This document shows, one piece after another, positions 29,845 to 39,975 of a stretch of 64,000 nucleotides of DNA (positions are counted from its first letter, which is position 1; every line of letters starts with the position of its first letter). The notes under the pieces are model-generated. The model had not been told where the DNA came from, made no database searches, and saw nothing but the letters and a program-made list of their open reading frames with translations. The position numbers were made by a program, and so were the translations under genes. This stretch comes from an uncultured bacterium (lineage in GTDB: Bacteria; Zixibacteria; MSB-5A5; JAABVY01; JAHJOQ01), in the NCBI GenBank assembly GCA_965369655.1, contig CBDUQR010000007.1, forward strand, positions 17,031 through 81,030, given 5' to 3'.

Positions 29845-30594
29845 ATGACACGCTGGCTAACACTTGCAGCGAGCTTTGCGGCAGGTTTGTTGCTGCTCAC
29901 AGGATGTTCTCAGACGCGAGTGTTTCACGACATTTCGGACATCGAAACGCATTCGGTCGATCTGTTAAATCGTCACACGGAAATTGCGAGACATGAGACC
30001 ACAGCACAGTTGGCACAGATGACGATCAGGTCGCCGAAACTCACAAAACGATTCAATGTTGAGATCTATCACAGGAATGATTCGACGGCGTTCTTCTCGG
30101 GCGGGTTTGTCGGCAAGGGGAGCTTCAAGGGAATCATGTCCGGTTCAATGCTGCAATTCCTGATGATGGGCGAGAAGCAGTTCTACGATGGGCCGATGTC
30201 CGGCCTGATCCGTCCCGATCTTGGGCGCTACGGCTATGTCGCAGCGAGACTGAGATCGATCCTTGCTGGCAGGCTTCTATGTCGTCCCGATGGTGTGCCC
30301 GCTGAAGATATGTGCGCGATGTGGGAAGAAGAACTTCATGTGAGAAAAAACAAGGTGAGGAAGCTTGTTTTTCGCAGCATGCCCGACCCGATCCGGATAG
30401 AGGTCAACCTGTACAGGTTCAAAGACAAGTTCCCGTTCTATCAGATCAAGCAAATCAAGCTTGTGAACGATGACAACGGCGCGACTATTAAGCTGAGATT
30501 TATCGAACAGCGATGCGGCCCGGTCCCGGATATCAAGTTCAGCATGCCCGATGTCTCCGGCTGGGAACGGATAGAGTATTTCGAGTTGGATTAG
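29845..30594 (+). CDS. Hypothetical lipoprotein
   Basis: Lipobox LLTGC; 249-aa ORF continuing the operon. Confidence 0.7.
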   Translation: MTRWLTLAASFAAGLLLLTGCSQTRVFHDISDIETHSVDLLNRHTEIARHETTAQLAQMTIRSPKLTKRFNVEIYHRNDSTAFFSGGFVGKGSFKGIMSGSMLQFLMMGEKQFYDGPMSGLIRPDLGRYGYVAARLRSILAGRLLCRPDGVPAEDMCAMWEEELHVRKNKVRKLVFRSMPDPIRIEVNLYRFKDKFPFYQIKQIKLVNDDNGATIKLRFIEQRCGPVPDIKFSMPDVSGWERIEYFELD

Positions 30595-30600
30595 CAAAGC

Positions 30601-30646
30601 GTCAGGATCGCCCTTCGCAAGGCTCAGGACAGGCAGGGATCCTGAC
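30601..30646. repeat. REP-like hairpin with nested CCCTTCG..CTCAGGAC module
   Basis: gtcaggatc-g-cccttcgcaaggctcaggac-aggcagg-gatcctgac. Confidence 0.6.
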
Positions 30647-30667
30647 CGACAAGACCGGAGGTTTAGC

Positions 30668-31015
30668 TTGGATGTGATCGATCTGACAGATGAGTACAAA
30701 CCGTTGTATTATGTTTGTCTTGAAGACTGGTGCGACGAGATCAATCAGGTAACTGTCAGGACGGTGGATGAAGTTGACGGGGAAGAATTCTACAACAATG
30801 ACCTTGTCTGTATCGGATCACCAACCCTGCATTCGCTTCCACCGCCGCCTGTATTCGATTTCCTGAGAAAACTTGAGAAGAAATTCAGGGATGACGGCCT
30901 TGTGCAGTTGCCTACAACGAAGCTTATCAACAAGAACGCCCTCATTTTCTGTACCTACTCAGCCAGTAGCCCACCCAAAGCAAAAGCGTCGGGTGGGTTT
31001 CTGTCTGTTCCTTGA
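30668..31015 (+). pseudogene. Chimeric remnant: GNAT/YoaP-like N-terminus fused to an internal flavodoxin-like fragment
   Basis: MDVIDLTDEYKPLYYVCLEDW then abrupt switch to DLVCIGSPT...ALIFCTYS; ORF ends inside a REP. Confidence 0.55.
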
Positions 31016-31054
31016 AAGTCCTGTAGCCCATCCAGAGTGCAGCGGCGGATGGGT
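30966..31054 (+). repeat. Two tandem GTAG REP-like hairpins
   Basis: gtagcccaccc..gggtgggt (30966-30998) and gtagcccatcc..ggatgggt (31023-31054). Confidence 0.65.
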
Positions 31055-31132
31055 TCACTTTCTGACATGAAATACGCAGGTACTACCAATTCCAATCACC
31101 GAGAGCCGTGAATGCCCCCCATTGCACCGGAT

Positions 31133-31423
31133 GATCCGTATCTCGATGGACGGCAAGGGTCGCTGGATGGACAACGTGTTTATCGAACGGCTGTGGCGTT
31201 CATTGAAATACGAGTGTGTCTATTTGCGGGAGTTTGAAACCGGACTCTCGGCACAGCAAGAGATAGAAAACTGGTTGCATTACTACAACACGGATCGACC
31301 ACATTCATCTCTTGGTGACAAAACACCGATGGAGGCATATATTGAAAACATGGCGGCATAATGAATCAAACCAAATTCACCTTAACACAGTCGTAAACTA
31401 TCCAACAAACTGGGACCACTGCT
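31133..31423 (+). mobile_element. IS3-family transposase 3' remnant with probable right end
   Basis: ISMDGKGRWMDNVFIERLWRSLKYE...YYN.DRPHSSLG.KTP; followed by aactatccaacaaactgggaccact, resembling IS3 ends. Confidence 0.85.
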
Positions 31424-31560
31424 CCTTCCCTTTACACGTTGACCAATAATCAACCCAGGCGATCACCGCTGTACGGTTCAATTGTTCAGTTTATAAGAGA
31501 AAGCACGGAGACGAAAAAATCTTGTCTATCTAACGTCCTGTGGCTATCTTGTCCGCTGAA

Positions 31561-31902
31561 ATGCATGAACTAGCCATGGCACAAGCGATTCTAGATGTGG
31601 CCCAGCAGCAAGCAGAGGCACACAGGGCACACAAGGTGCTCGCCATACGCCTCCAGGTCGGTGAGTTGTCGACTGCCATGCCTGAGGCATTAACTTTCTC
31701 CTTTGAGGTTATCTCTAAGAACACCTGTGCGCAGGATGCAAGGCTGGACATCATCCGGGTTCCCTGGCGTATTCGATGCAGTTCCTGCCAAAAGGAGTAT
31801 CGAGTCCATGATCGCCTCCCACTATGTCCGGAATGCAACAGCGCAGGTGGGGAGATCATTTCTGGCAAGGAACTAATAATAACGGAGATGGACGTCGAAT
31901 GA
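31561..31902 (+). CDS. hypA: Hydrogenase maturation nickel metallochaperone HypA
   Basis: MHELAMA N-terminus, two CxxC (CSSC, CPEC), G.EL.I. Confidence 0.97.
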   Translation: MHELAMAQAILDVAQQQAEAHRAHKVLAIRLQVGELSTAMPEALTFSFEVISKNTCAQDARLDIIRVPWRIRCSSCQKEYRVHDRLPLCPECNSAGGEIISGKELIITEMDVE

Positions 31903-32564
31903 CTAAAATACGGGTGATAGCCGATATCCTGGAGTCCAATGCGCGGATAGCCAGACAAAATGCGGAAATTTTCGACGAGGTCGGCCTGTATGTGATAAAT
32001 CTCATGGGCTCTCCAGGTGCGGGCAAGACCTCACTTCTCGAATGGACAATTAAAGCGCTCAGTGAGGATTTACGAATCGGGGTTATCGAGGGGGACATCC
32101 AGAGCAGCATTGATGCGGAGCGTATCTCGCGTCTGGGCATCAGGGTGGTCCAGATAAATACCGGCGGAGCGTGCCATCTCGACGGAAATATGATCCGTCC
32201 GGCCCTCGACGATTTTAACCTCAAGGAACTCGACCTGCTCATCGTGGAAAATGTCGGCAACTTGGTCTGCCCAGCGGAGTTTGAGCTCGGCGAGGATGCC
32301 AAGGTAATGCTTCTGAGCGTTACCGAGGGCGACGACAAGCCTCAAAAATATCCGCTCATGTTTCAACAGTCTGCCGTGTTGCTTATCAATAAGGTGGATC
32401 TCCTCCCGTACGTGGACTGCTCAGTAGATGTAATCGAAGAGCGATCTCGGGCCCTAAACACTGCAATCGAGGTCTTCCCTATCTCCTGTAAAACCCGTGA
32501 GGGTCTCGAGGCCTGGTCTGCCTGGCTCAAAAAGCATGTTGGGGAGAAACGTGGAAGTGGCTGA
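31899..32564 (+). CDS. hypB: Hydrogenase nickel incorporation GTPase HypB
   Basis: GSPGAGKT, IEGD, TGGACHLD, ENVGNLVCPA, DKPQKYP, NKVD. Confidence 0.97.
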   Translation: MTKIRVIADILESNARIARQNAEIFDEVGLYVINLMGSPGAGKTSLLEWTIKALSEDLRIGVIEGDIQSSIDAERISRLGIRVVQINTGGACHLDGNMIRPALDDFNLKELDLLIVENVGNLVCPAEFELGEDAKVMLLSVTEGDDKPQKYPLMFQQSAVLLINKVDLLPYVDCSVDVIEERSRALNTAIEVFPISCKTREGLEAWSAWLKKHVGEKRGSG

Positions 32565-34878
32565 GAAACATAGAAGTATAAGGGTTGACATCCAGGGGGT
32601 GGTCCAGGGAGTTGGCTTTCGCCCTTACGTTTACAATCTCGCTGTCGAGCACGGGCTTTTCGGGTATGTTGCCAACAACTCAGATGGCGTCGAGATCGAG
32701 GTCGAGGGCTTATCGAAATCAGTGGATGCATTCCTTACCGAACTTCCAACACGCAAGCCACCTTTATCGTTCTTATCTGACTTGAAGGTTTCAAACGTGC
32801 CCGCGCGAAGTGCGATTGACATGAATATCCGTCCCAGCCGATCCCTTGCAATGCGAGCCGCGCTCATCCCGCCTGATATCACAGTCTGCGAGGATTGCTT
32901 GCGTGAGCTTGAGGATCACGATGATCGTCGCTACGGTTATCCATTCATCAACTGTACTAATTGCGGGCCTCGCTACACCATCATCGACGATATTCCCTAC
33001 GACCGGCCCAAAACCTCCATGGCCACTTTCAGCATGTGCTCTAAGTGCCAGGCAGAATACAACGACCCGCATAACCGTCGCTTTCATGCCCAGCCCAATG
33101 CCTGCCCAGTGTGCGGCCCCAAGGTGTGGCTCTCTGCGGCCGACGGGACCGAAATCTACTGCGACGATCCATTGCGCGAGGCGGGCCGCCGGCTCGAATC
33201 GGGGCAGATACTGGCCGTAAAGGGCCTTGGGGGCTTCCACCTTGCCGTGGACGCCACCCGGGATGATGTGGTATCAAGGTTGCGCAAGCTTAAGCACCAC
33301 GAGGAAAAACCACTGGCCGTCATGTGCCGCAGTCTCGCCGAGGCCAAGCAGCTGGCCCATATCGACGAGCAGGCCCGCTCGTTGCTCTGCTCGGTGCATC
33401 GACCCATCGTTATCGTACCTAAGCGTCACCCGAGCCCGCTCGCTTCCTGTATCGCTCCGGACAACCACACTATAGGCCTCATGTTGCCATACACGCCGCT
33501 ACACGTGCTCCTTCTCGCCAGTGCGCCGCCAGCGCTGGTTATGACGAGCGGGAACCTGACAGACGAGCCGATTGCCATTGACAATGAGGAAGCGCTAACC
33601 AGGCTTTCGGGGATTGCCGATGCCTTTTTGCTTCACGACCGGGACATCCTGGTTCCTAACGACGACTCGGTCCTGCGCATCATCTCGGGTCGTCCGAGCT
33701 TCATACGCAGATCGCGTGGGTACGTGCCGTTACCGGTAGTCCTAGAGCATGAAACACCTCCGATTCTTGCGGTCGGGGGAGAGCTCAAGAACACCATCTG
33801 CATCACACGGGGTCGAATGGCGTTCCTCAGCCAGCATATCGGCGATATGGAAAGCCCCAGCACTATCGAGTATTTCACCGAGACAGTAAGTCGCCTAAGT
33901 CGCATCCTTGATGTGAAGCCCCAATTGATCGCCGCCGACCTCCACCCAGACTATGCGGCCACATGTTGGGCAGAGCAGCAAGGGCTTCAAGTGTTGAAGG
34001 TCCAGCATCACCACGCACATATTGCCAGTTGTATGGCGGAGCACCGAATCGAAGGGCCAGTCATTGGGGTAGCCCTGGACGGCACGGGATTCGGCACCGA
34101 CGGTAGGATATGGGGAGGCGAAATCCTGGTTTGTGACCTGGCCAATTTCGAGCGGGCGGGTCACCTGGACTATGTCCAATTACCCGGCGGAGACCGCGCT
34201 GTGGCCGAGCCCTGGCGCATGGCGCTCAGCTACCTTTTTCACACCTTTGGCAATACCTGGGAGGAGCATTTACCGGAGAACATGCGCCGAATTCCCGCAA
34301 AAAAAAGGCAGGCTGTGATCCAAATGATGAAGAGCGGCGTTAACTCCCCCTGGACCTCGAGTTGCGGCCGGCTTTTCGACGGCATTGCCGCGCTCCTGGG
34401 CCTCCACCACAAAGTAGCCTTTGAGGGTCAGGCAGCCATGCATCTCGAAATGGTCGCCGGGGAGCACGACGGGAACGCCGCAGGTGGTGGCTACGAGGTA
34501 CAACCCCGCGCTGGTAATGATGGGTTATTGATCGACCCGGCGGATTTCGTCCGCGGCGTTGTGGGGGACATCGAGCGTGATTTGTCAGCTCGTACCATCT
34601 CACGCCGCTTCCACGCAGCACTGGCACGCGCATTTTCTTTGGCCTGTGTGCTCCTTCGCAGGCAGACTGGCCTCAATCAAGTGGTACTGTCGGGCGGTGT
34701 ATTCCAGAACCGACTTCTTACGGAAAGTATCGTAGATGAGCTCGATGCAGCAAGCTTCGACGTCCTTCTACACAAACAAGTGCCGGCCAACGACGGCGGG
34801 CTGTCATTGGGACAGGCCGTCGTGGCTGCGTGTCGCAATTTGACCGCATCTGGAAAGAATGCGGCGAAAGGATTATGA
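32557..34878 (+). CDS. hypF: Carbamoyltransferase HypF
   Basis: GVVQGVGFRP, zinc fingers CEDC/CTNCGPR/CSKC/CPVCGP, KGLGGFHL, QHHHAH, DGTGFG.DG, NDGGLSLGQA. Confidence 0.97.
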   Translation: MAEKHRSIRVDIQGVVQGVGFRPYVYNLAVEHGLFGYVANNSDGVEIEVEGLSKSVDAFLTELPTRKPPLSFLSDLKVSNVPARSAIDMNIRPSRSLAMRAALIPPDITVCEDCLRELEDHDDRRYGYPFINCTNCGPRYTIIDDIPYDRPKTSMATFSMCSKCQAEYNDPHNRRFHAQPNACPVCGPKVWLSAADGTEIYCDDPLREAGRRLESGQILAVKGLGGFHLAVDATRDDVVSRLRKLKHHEEKPLAVMCRSLAEAKQLAHIDEQARSLLCSVHRPIVIVPKRHPSPLASCIAPDNHTIGLMLPYTPLHVLLLASAPPALVMTSGNLTDEPIAIDNEEALTRLSGIADAFLLHDRDILVPNDDSVLRIISGRPSFIRRSRGYVPLPVVLEHETPPILAVGGELKNTICITRGRMAFLSQHIGDMESPSTIEYFTETVSRLSRILDVKPQLIAADLHPDYAATCWAEQQGLQVLKVQHHHAHIASCMAEHRIEGPVIGVALDGTGFGTDGRIWGGEILVCDLANFERAGHLDYVQLPGGDRAVAEPWRMALSYLFHTFGNTWEEHLPENMRRIPAKKRQAVIQMMKSGVNSPWTSSCGRLFDGIAALLGLHHKVAFEGQAAMHLEMVAGEHDGNAAGGGYEVQPRAGNDGLLIDPADFVRGVVGDIERDLSARTISRRFHAALARAFSLACVLLRRQTGLNQVVLSGGVFQNRLLTESIVDELDAASFDVLLHKQVPANDGGLSLGQAVVAACRNLTASGKNAAKGL

Positions 34879-34885
34879 TTCGGCC

Positions 34886-35116
34886 ATGTGTTTAGCTGTA
34901 CCGATGAAGGTGACCTCCATAGATGATGACCGCGCCACCTGCGTCATAGGCGACATGGAGCGCGAGGTACGACTCTCTCTACTGCCCGAGGTGCACATAG
35001 GCGAGTACGTCATCGTCCACGCGGGCTATGCTATACAAATACTCGACGAGAAGGAGGCCCAGGAAACGCTTCAGCTCTTTGCCGATTTCCAGGGAGATAT
35101 CGGAGAGATGGGATGA
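34886..35116 (+). CDS. hypC: HypC hydrogenase chaperone
   Basis: MCLAVP, GEYVIVHAGYA, EAQETL. Confidence 0.97.
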   Translation: MCLAVPMKVTSIDDDRATCVIGDMEREVRLSLLPEVHIGEYVIVHAGYAIQILDEKEAQETLQLFADFQGDIGEMG

Positions 35117-36210
35117 GGTTCCTGCGCGAGTTCAGAGACCCGCAGGCGGCCAAGGTGCTCGTGCGCCGGATCCGAAAGGTTGCCGATTCCCTGGGTGAGA
35201 TAAGCTTCATGGAGGTATGCGGCACACATACTATGTCGATCTATCGCTACGGCATTCGCCACTTGCTTCCGCCCAATATACGCATCCTCTCCGGCCCAGG
35301 ATGTCCGGTTTGCGTAACGCCAAATGTCTTTCTTGACCGCGCGATCGCGTTGGCCCGTCTACCAAGTGTGACCATCGCTACCTTCGGCGACATGATGCGC
35401 GTGCCTGGCTCCACCTCATCGTTGGAGCGGGAGCAGGCCCGTGGCTGCGACATCCGTGTTGTTTACTCCCCGATCGATGCCCTTCGTATCGCCGCTCAAG
35501 AGCAACGTCGGCGCCTCGTTTTTCTCGGAGTGGGCTTTGAGACTACGGCCCCGGCCCTGGCCGCTACACTCCTCGAGGCGAAGCGGACTGAAGTGAAAAA
35601 TTTTTCAATTCTCAGCGCAGCCAAGGTCATTCCCCCAGCCATGCAGGCGTTACTTAACGACGGTCCGCTGCGGCTGAGCGGCTTCCTTTGCCCGGGCCAC
35701 GTTAGTACAGTCATCGGAAGTCGACCCTATGAGCCGCTGGTAAACGAGCACGGGATCCCGTGCGTCATCGCAGGGTTCGAGCCGCTTGATATTCTCTATG
35801 GCATTCTCATGCTGCTCGAGCAGGTCTCTGAGCACCGTGCCGAGGTGGAGATTGCCTACCGACGCGCAGTCCGGCCGGAGGGCAACCCTAAAGCCAAACG
35901 CGTTCTCAAGGAAGTATTCATTGAGTGTGACGCACAGTGGCGGGGAATCGGAAGAATTGAAGGATCGGGCCTGGCCTTGCCAAGCACACTCGAGGCACAC
36001 GATGCATTCCTTATCGAGGTGGAGGTCGAGCCCACATACGAGGTCCCTGGTTGCATCTGCGGCCTGGTTCTAAGCGGTCAGCGCACACCCCGTGAGTGCG
36101 ATCTCTTTGCAAAAGAATGCACGCCAGAGACGCCGCAGGGCGCGTGTATGGTCTCAACTGAGGGCACCTGTGCAGCGGCCTATCAATACGGGTGGATTGA
36201 GGAGGAGTGA
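35113..36210 (+). CDS. hypD: Hydrogenase formation protein HypD
   Basis: MEVCGTH, GPGCPVC, GFETT, PGHVS, GACMVS.EG.C. Confidence 0.97.
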   Translation: MRFLREFRDPQAAKVLVRRIRKVADSLGEISFMEVCGTHTMSIYRYGIRHLLPPNIRILSGPGCPVCVTPNVFLDRAIALARLPSVTIATFGDMMRVPGSTSSLEREQARGCDIRVVYSPIDALRIAAQEQRRRLVFLGVGFETTAPALAATLLEAKRTEVKNFSILSAAKVIPPAMQALLNDGPLRLSGFLCPGHVSTVIGSRPYEPLVNEHGIPCVIAGFEPLDILYGILMLLEQVSEHRAEVEIAYRRAVRPEGNPKAKRVLKEVFIECDAQWRGIGRIEGSGLALPSTLEAHDAFLIEVEVEPTYEVPGCICGLVLSGQRTPRECDLFAKECTPETPQGACMVSTEGTCAAAYQYGWIEEE

Positions 36211-37220
36211 TGAAGACCGACATCATACTGCTGGAACATGGCAGCGGTGGTCGCGCCAGCCGCTGGCTGGTGGAAGAGATCCTGGTTCCCTATCTGAAAA
36301 ACCAAGTGCTGGAGCGACTCGATGACCACGCCGAGATCGAGGTTGAAGGAACCCGACTGGCTTTCACCACCGACTCATTCGTGGTCGATCCCATCTTCTT
36401 TCCCGGTGGCGACATCGGAAAGCTCGCCGTGAACGGCACGGTCAATGATCTAGCCATGGGTGGCGCAAAACCGCTCTTCCTCAGCGCTGGCCTTATCCTC
36501 GAAGAGGGGCTACCCATCGCCGATCTTAAATGTATTATGCACTCTATGGCTGAAGCGACCGAGAAGGCACAGGTGCACATCGTAACCGGCGATACCAAGG
36601 TGGTCGCGCACGGAGCTGCCGACAAGATATTTATCAACACTGCCGGCATCGGGCTCATTCCCAAGGGAGTGGCGCTCTCGGGCCACCGTGGAGAAGTAGG
36701 CGACCGCGTACTGATCAGTGGTCCGATAGGCGAGCATGGTATCGCGGTGATGGCCCAGCGCCCGGACCTCGACTTCGTCTCATCCTGCAAGAGCGACACA
36801 GCACCGCTAGCCGACCTGGTGGCCCAGATGCTACACGCCTATCAAGGCATCCACAGCCTCCGCGATCCCACCAGGGGCGGGCTTGCCGCCACTCTCAACG
36901 AGCTGGCTGTGCAGTCAGGGGTTAGAATCGAGGTGGAGGAGTCGGCCATACCTGTCACCGAATCGGTGGAGAGCGCCTGCGAGCTATTGGGGCTTGATCC
37001 CCTGCATCTGGCCAACGAAGGGGTACTCGTTGCCCTCGTTCCAGCCGAGGGCGCAAGCCTTGTGCTCGATGCCATGCAGAACCATCCCTTGGGCCACAAG
37101 GCACAGATCATCGGTGAGGTGTATTCAAAAAAGTTGCCCGCGGTTATCCTGCGGACCCAAATTGGCGGCAAGCGCGTCCTGGCTGTTCCCACCGGCGTGC
37201 AGCTCCCGCGTATTTGCTGA
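36210..37220 (+). CDS. hypE: Hydrogenase maturation protein HypE
   Basis: HGSGG, TTDSFVV.P.FFPGGDIGKLAVNGTVND, GDTKVV, RDPTRGG, C-terminal PRIC. Confidence 0.97.
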   Translation: MKTDIILLEHGSGGRASRWLVEEILVPYLKNQVLERLDDHAEIEVEGTRLAFTTDSFVVDPIFFPGGDIGKLAVNGTVNDLAMGGAKPLFLSAGLILEEGLPIADLKCIMHSMAEATEKAQVHIVTGDTKVVAHGAADKIFINTAGIGLIPKGVALSGHRGEVGDRVLISGPIGEHGIAVMAQRPDLDFVSSCKSDTAPLADLVAQMLHAYQGIHSLRDPTRGGLAATLNELAVQSGVRIEVEESAIPVTESVESACELLGLDPLHLANEGVLVALVPAEGASLVLDAMQNHPLGHKAQIIGEVYSKKLPAVILRTQIGGKRVLAVPTGVQLPRIC

Positions 37221-37333
37221 AGGCAAGGAGATTCTCCAAGAGGAAAAGAGGCCAATAAAAACTACGTCCCCTCCTCAACTAACATTTTCCAATGAAGGTC
37301 TCGACAAGATCATCATGGTGGGAGTAAATTTTT

Positions 37334-38278
37334 ATGGAATTATACCAGCTTCGTTGTTTTCAAGCCGCAGTAAAGGAAGGTGGTTTTAAGCGGGCTGCCA
37401 TGCGGCTTTACATCACACAACCCGCACTCTCCTACCATGTCAAACAACTCGAGGAAGAGTTGGGAGTTTCGCTTTTCCACCGTCGTCCTCGTGGAGTTAG
37501 CCCTACTGAGGCAGGCAGAGTTTTGTTCCGGTATGCTCAGGAAATCATGCGTGGTGTACATAGGGCTGAGCGTGCCATACAAGAGCTCGGAGAAGGGGTA
37601 GCGGGAGAAATACGCATTGGCACGGTTGATAGCGTGGGCATCTATTTCATGCCGCCCGTTCTCTGGACCATACGCTCTATGTATCCGGGCGCGTGCCCCA
37701 AGCTCTTGTATGGTAGTTCTGATGATATTATGGAAGCACTCTTGTCAAATGAATTAGACTTGGCAATACTTGCCAACCCCAGGCCGGATCGACGCCTACG
37801 GCAGGAAATCTTAATCGAGGAGTATGTATCATTGGTTTGCGGCCGTTCACATCCATTTTTCGGCGTACCAACCGTTAAAACGAGCGAACTCAAAGGGATG
37901 GAGTTCGCTGCGTTGTCTCCAGACACTCCAAGTGGTTCCCTAATCCGTAACCACCTCGCGCGCTTGGGAGTAAACATCGAAATAGTGGCTACCACCGGCA
38001 ACGTGGAAACCGTCAAAAAAACGGTCGAAGCAGGCCTGGGGATAGCTTTTCTGCCCGACATGGTTACTAAGCAAGATATTCCATGCAAGGACAAGCCCGC
38101 GGGTCGCTTGTGGCGTATTGAGGTCGATCTGCCGTTGAGCCGGCAAGTCGTGCTAGTTGACTGGAAAGACTCCTGTATAAGTCGAGCTACAAAGGCCTTT
38201 GTAGAGCAACTGCGACAACACAGTAATGAATGGCGGGCCTGTACGGATGAGAAATCGCTGGATCCCGCCAGCGCATAA
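37334..38278 (+). CDS. LysR-family transcriptional regulator
   Basis: N-terminal HTH F..AA..L.ITQPALS..VKQLEEELG..LF.R; substrate-binding domain VEAGLGIAFLP. Confidence 0.95.
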   Translation: MELYQLRCFQAAVKEGGFKRAAMRLYITQPALSYHVKQLEEELGVSLFHRRPRGVSPTEAGRVLFRYAQEIMRGVHRAERAIQELGEGVAGEIRIGTVDSVGIYFMPPVLWTIRSMYPGACPKLLYGSSDDIMEALLSNELDLAILANPRPDRRLRQEILIEEYVSLVCGRSHPFFGVPTVKTSELKGMEFAALSPDTPSGSLIRNHLARLGVNIEIVATTGNVETVKKTVEAGLGIAFLPDMVTKQDIPCKDKPAGRLWRIEVDLPLSRQVVLVDWKDSCISRATKAFVEQLRQHSNEWRACTDEKSLDPASA

Positions 38279-38282
38279 TCTG

Positions 38283-38351
38283 CTATCAAAAATTTTTATA
38301 GGTCACGTCCCAAATTTCCGCTTTGACTTATTACAAAAAATGTAATATCCT
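38283..38351 (+). promoter_or_regulatory. hdr-mvh promoter with LysR box and spacer palindrome
   Basis: CTATCAAAAATTTTTATAG (T-N11-A) at 38283-38301; TTGACT(38323)-N17-TATCCT(38346); TATTACA-N5-TGTAATA at 38329-38347. Confidence 0.7.
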
Positions 38352-38527
38352 TACCTTAATATGAACTCTGTGAGAATTCTGACTGTTGAGGAATCTTTGA
38401 CTCGTAACCCCCAAAACCCCAGGCGTAGCTTAGCCTTTTCGGGAATCTCAGGGGGATGTTTGCCTGTTTCATTGCGGATGCCTCACACGAGGCACCTATA
38501 TGTTCACGCAAGTAGGAGCTTATCCAG

Positions 38528-39106
38528 ATGAGAGAACAAGCGCTGGCACCGCAAGTCCCTGGGCTGGCGAAAGAAGTCTTGGGAGAGTGCGGTGAGAATG
38601 TGAACCTTTGTTTTCAATGCCAAAAATGTGCGTCAGGATGCCCGATGGCCTTTGCGATGGACTTTACCCCGTCACAGTTGATGCACGCTATCCGTCTGGG
38701 ACTAGACGAAATGGTGATGAGCAGTAAGACGACCTGGCTGTGTTCCTCCTGTCAGACTTGTACCACTCGCTGCCCGCAGGGTTTAGACATCGCAAAGGCT
38801 CTCGATGCTGTCAAGATCATCACCCAGCGCAAGGGTATCAAAGCTTCTGAACCGGATATATCAGCCTTCTATAAGACCATGATGGGTTCCATCTTCGGCT
38901 GCGGCCGGGTGTACGAGCTGGGATTGATCGCGATGCTCAAGCTGCGTACAGGTCATCTATTTAAAGATATCGGTCTGGGGATAAAAATGTTCGGTAAGGG
39001 CAAATTGAAGCTCTTTCCTTCAATACATTTTCTCATCTTTTCCGGCGTCTCTGAGATCAGAAAAATGCGAAAGAGAGTAGAGAAGCTGGAAGGTCAGAGA
39101 AAATGA
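38528..39106 (+). CDS. hdrC: Heterodisulfide reductase subunit C
   Basis: CFQCQKCASGCP and WLCSSCQTCTTRCP [4Fe-4S] motifs; GRVYE. Confidence 0.92.
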   Translation: MREQALAPQVPGLAKEVLGECGENVNLCFQCQKCASGCPMAFAMDFTPSQLMHAIRLGLDEMVMSSKTTWLCSSCQTCTTRCPQGLDIAKALDAVKIITQRKGIKASEPDISAFYKTMMGSIFGCGRVYELGLIAMLKLRTGHLFKDIGLGIKMFGKGKLKLFPSIHFLIFSGVSEIRKMRKRVEKLEGQRK

Positions 39107-39975
39107 AATACGCATACTACCCGGGCTGCTCCCTGCACTCAACAGCCTCTGAGTATAATATCTCGTTTTGCAGCGTGTGCCGGACGCTCCATGTGGCGAT
39201 TGAGGAAATCCCCAAGTGGGCATGCTGCGGTTCTACGCCGGCGCATTCGACCTCGCATATCATGTCCCTGGCACTCCCTGGCCGGGTAATCTCACAGGCC
39301 GAAGAAGCAAAGCTCCAAAAGATTCTCGTTCCGTGTGCATCATGCTTTCAACGCCTGAAGACCACCCAGTACGAGATTAGAAGCAATTTCGGGTTACACG
39401 AAACACTCGAGCAGGTGCTGGATCGCAAGCTGGAAAATAAGGTCGAGGTTATCCACCCCCTCGAGCTTTTCATCGGTGAGGAGCTGTCGAATCGGATCGC
39501 GGATGCTGTGAGGAAAAGGCTCGAAGGACTCAAAGTCTGTTGTTACTACGGGTGCCTGCTCACTCGCCCGCCAAAGGTGATGAACTTTGATGAGTGCGAA
39601 TATCCGATGAGTATGGATACCATAGTCTCCGGTTTGGGTGCTGAGACGCTGGACTGGAATGCCAAAACTTTTTGCTGCGGCGCCTCTTTATCACTCACCA
39701 AAAGCGAACATGTCTGTAAGCTGATCCGCGATATTTTCCAAGAGGCAAAAGCGGTGGGCGCAAACGCGATCGCAGTTGCCTGCCCGCTCTGCCATTCAAA
39801 TCTCGATACCCGGCAACAGGAAACCGAAACGATCTACAATGAAAAGTATGGGCTCCCAATCTTCTATTTTACCCAGCTCATGGGGCTGGCATTTGGTGAA
39901 TCTTTTGAAGCACTTGGGCTAAAAAAGCATTTAGTCGACCCTAGGCCCCTGCTCAATAAGGTGGGCATAGTATGA
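39103..39975 (+). CDS. hdrB: Heterodisulfide reductase subunit B
   Basis: YYPGCSL, WACCG, PCASC, YYGCLL.RP, FCCG, ACPLC (two CCG domains). Confidence 0.93.
   Translation: MKYAYYPGCSLHSTASEYNISFCSVCRTLHVAIEEIPKWACCGSTPAHSTSHIMSLALPGRVISQAEEAKLQKILVPCASCFQRLKTTQYEIRSNFGLHETLEQVLDRKLENKVEVIHPLELFIGEELSNRIADAVRKRLEGLKVCCYYGCLLTRPPKVMNFDECEYPMSMDTIVSGLGAETLDWNAKTFCCGASLSLTKSEHVCKLIRDIFQEAKAVGANAIAVACPLCHSNLDTRQQETETIYNEKYGLPIFYFTQLMGLAFGESFEALGLKKHLVDPRPLLNKVGIV

Noticed and set aside
30595..31560. Direct repeat of the tRNA-Leu 3' end (attL) at the island's left border
   Set aside because: Searched by eye and not found, so the island boundary is approximate
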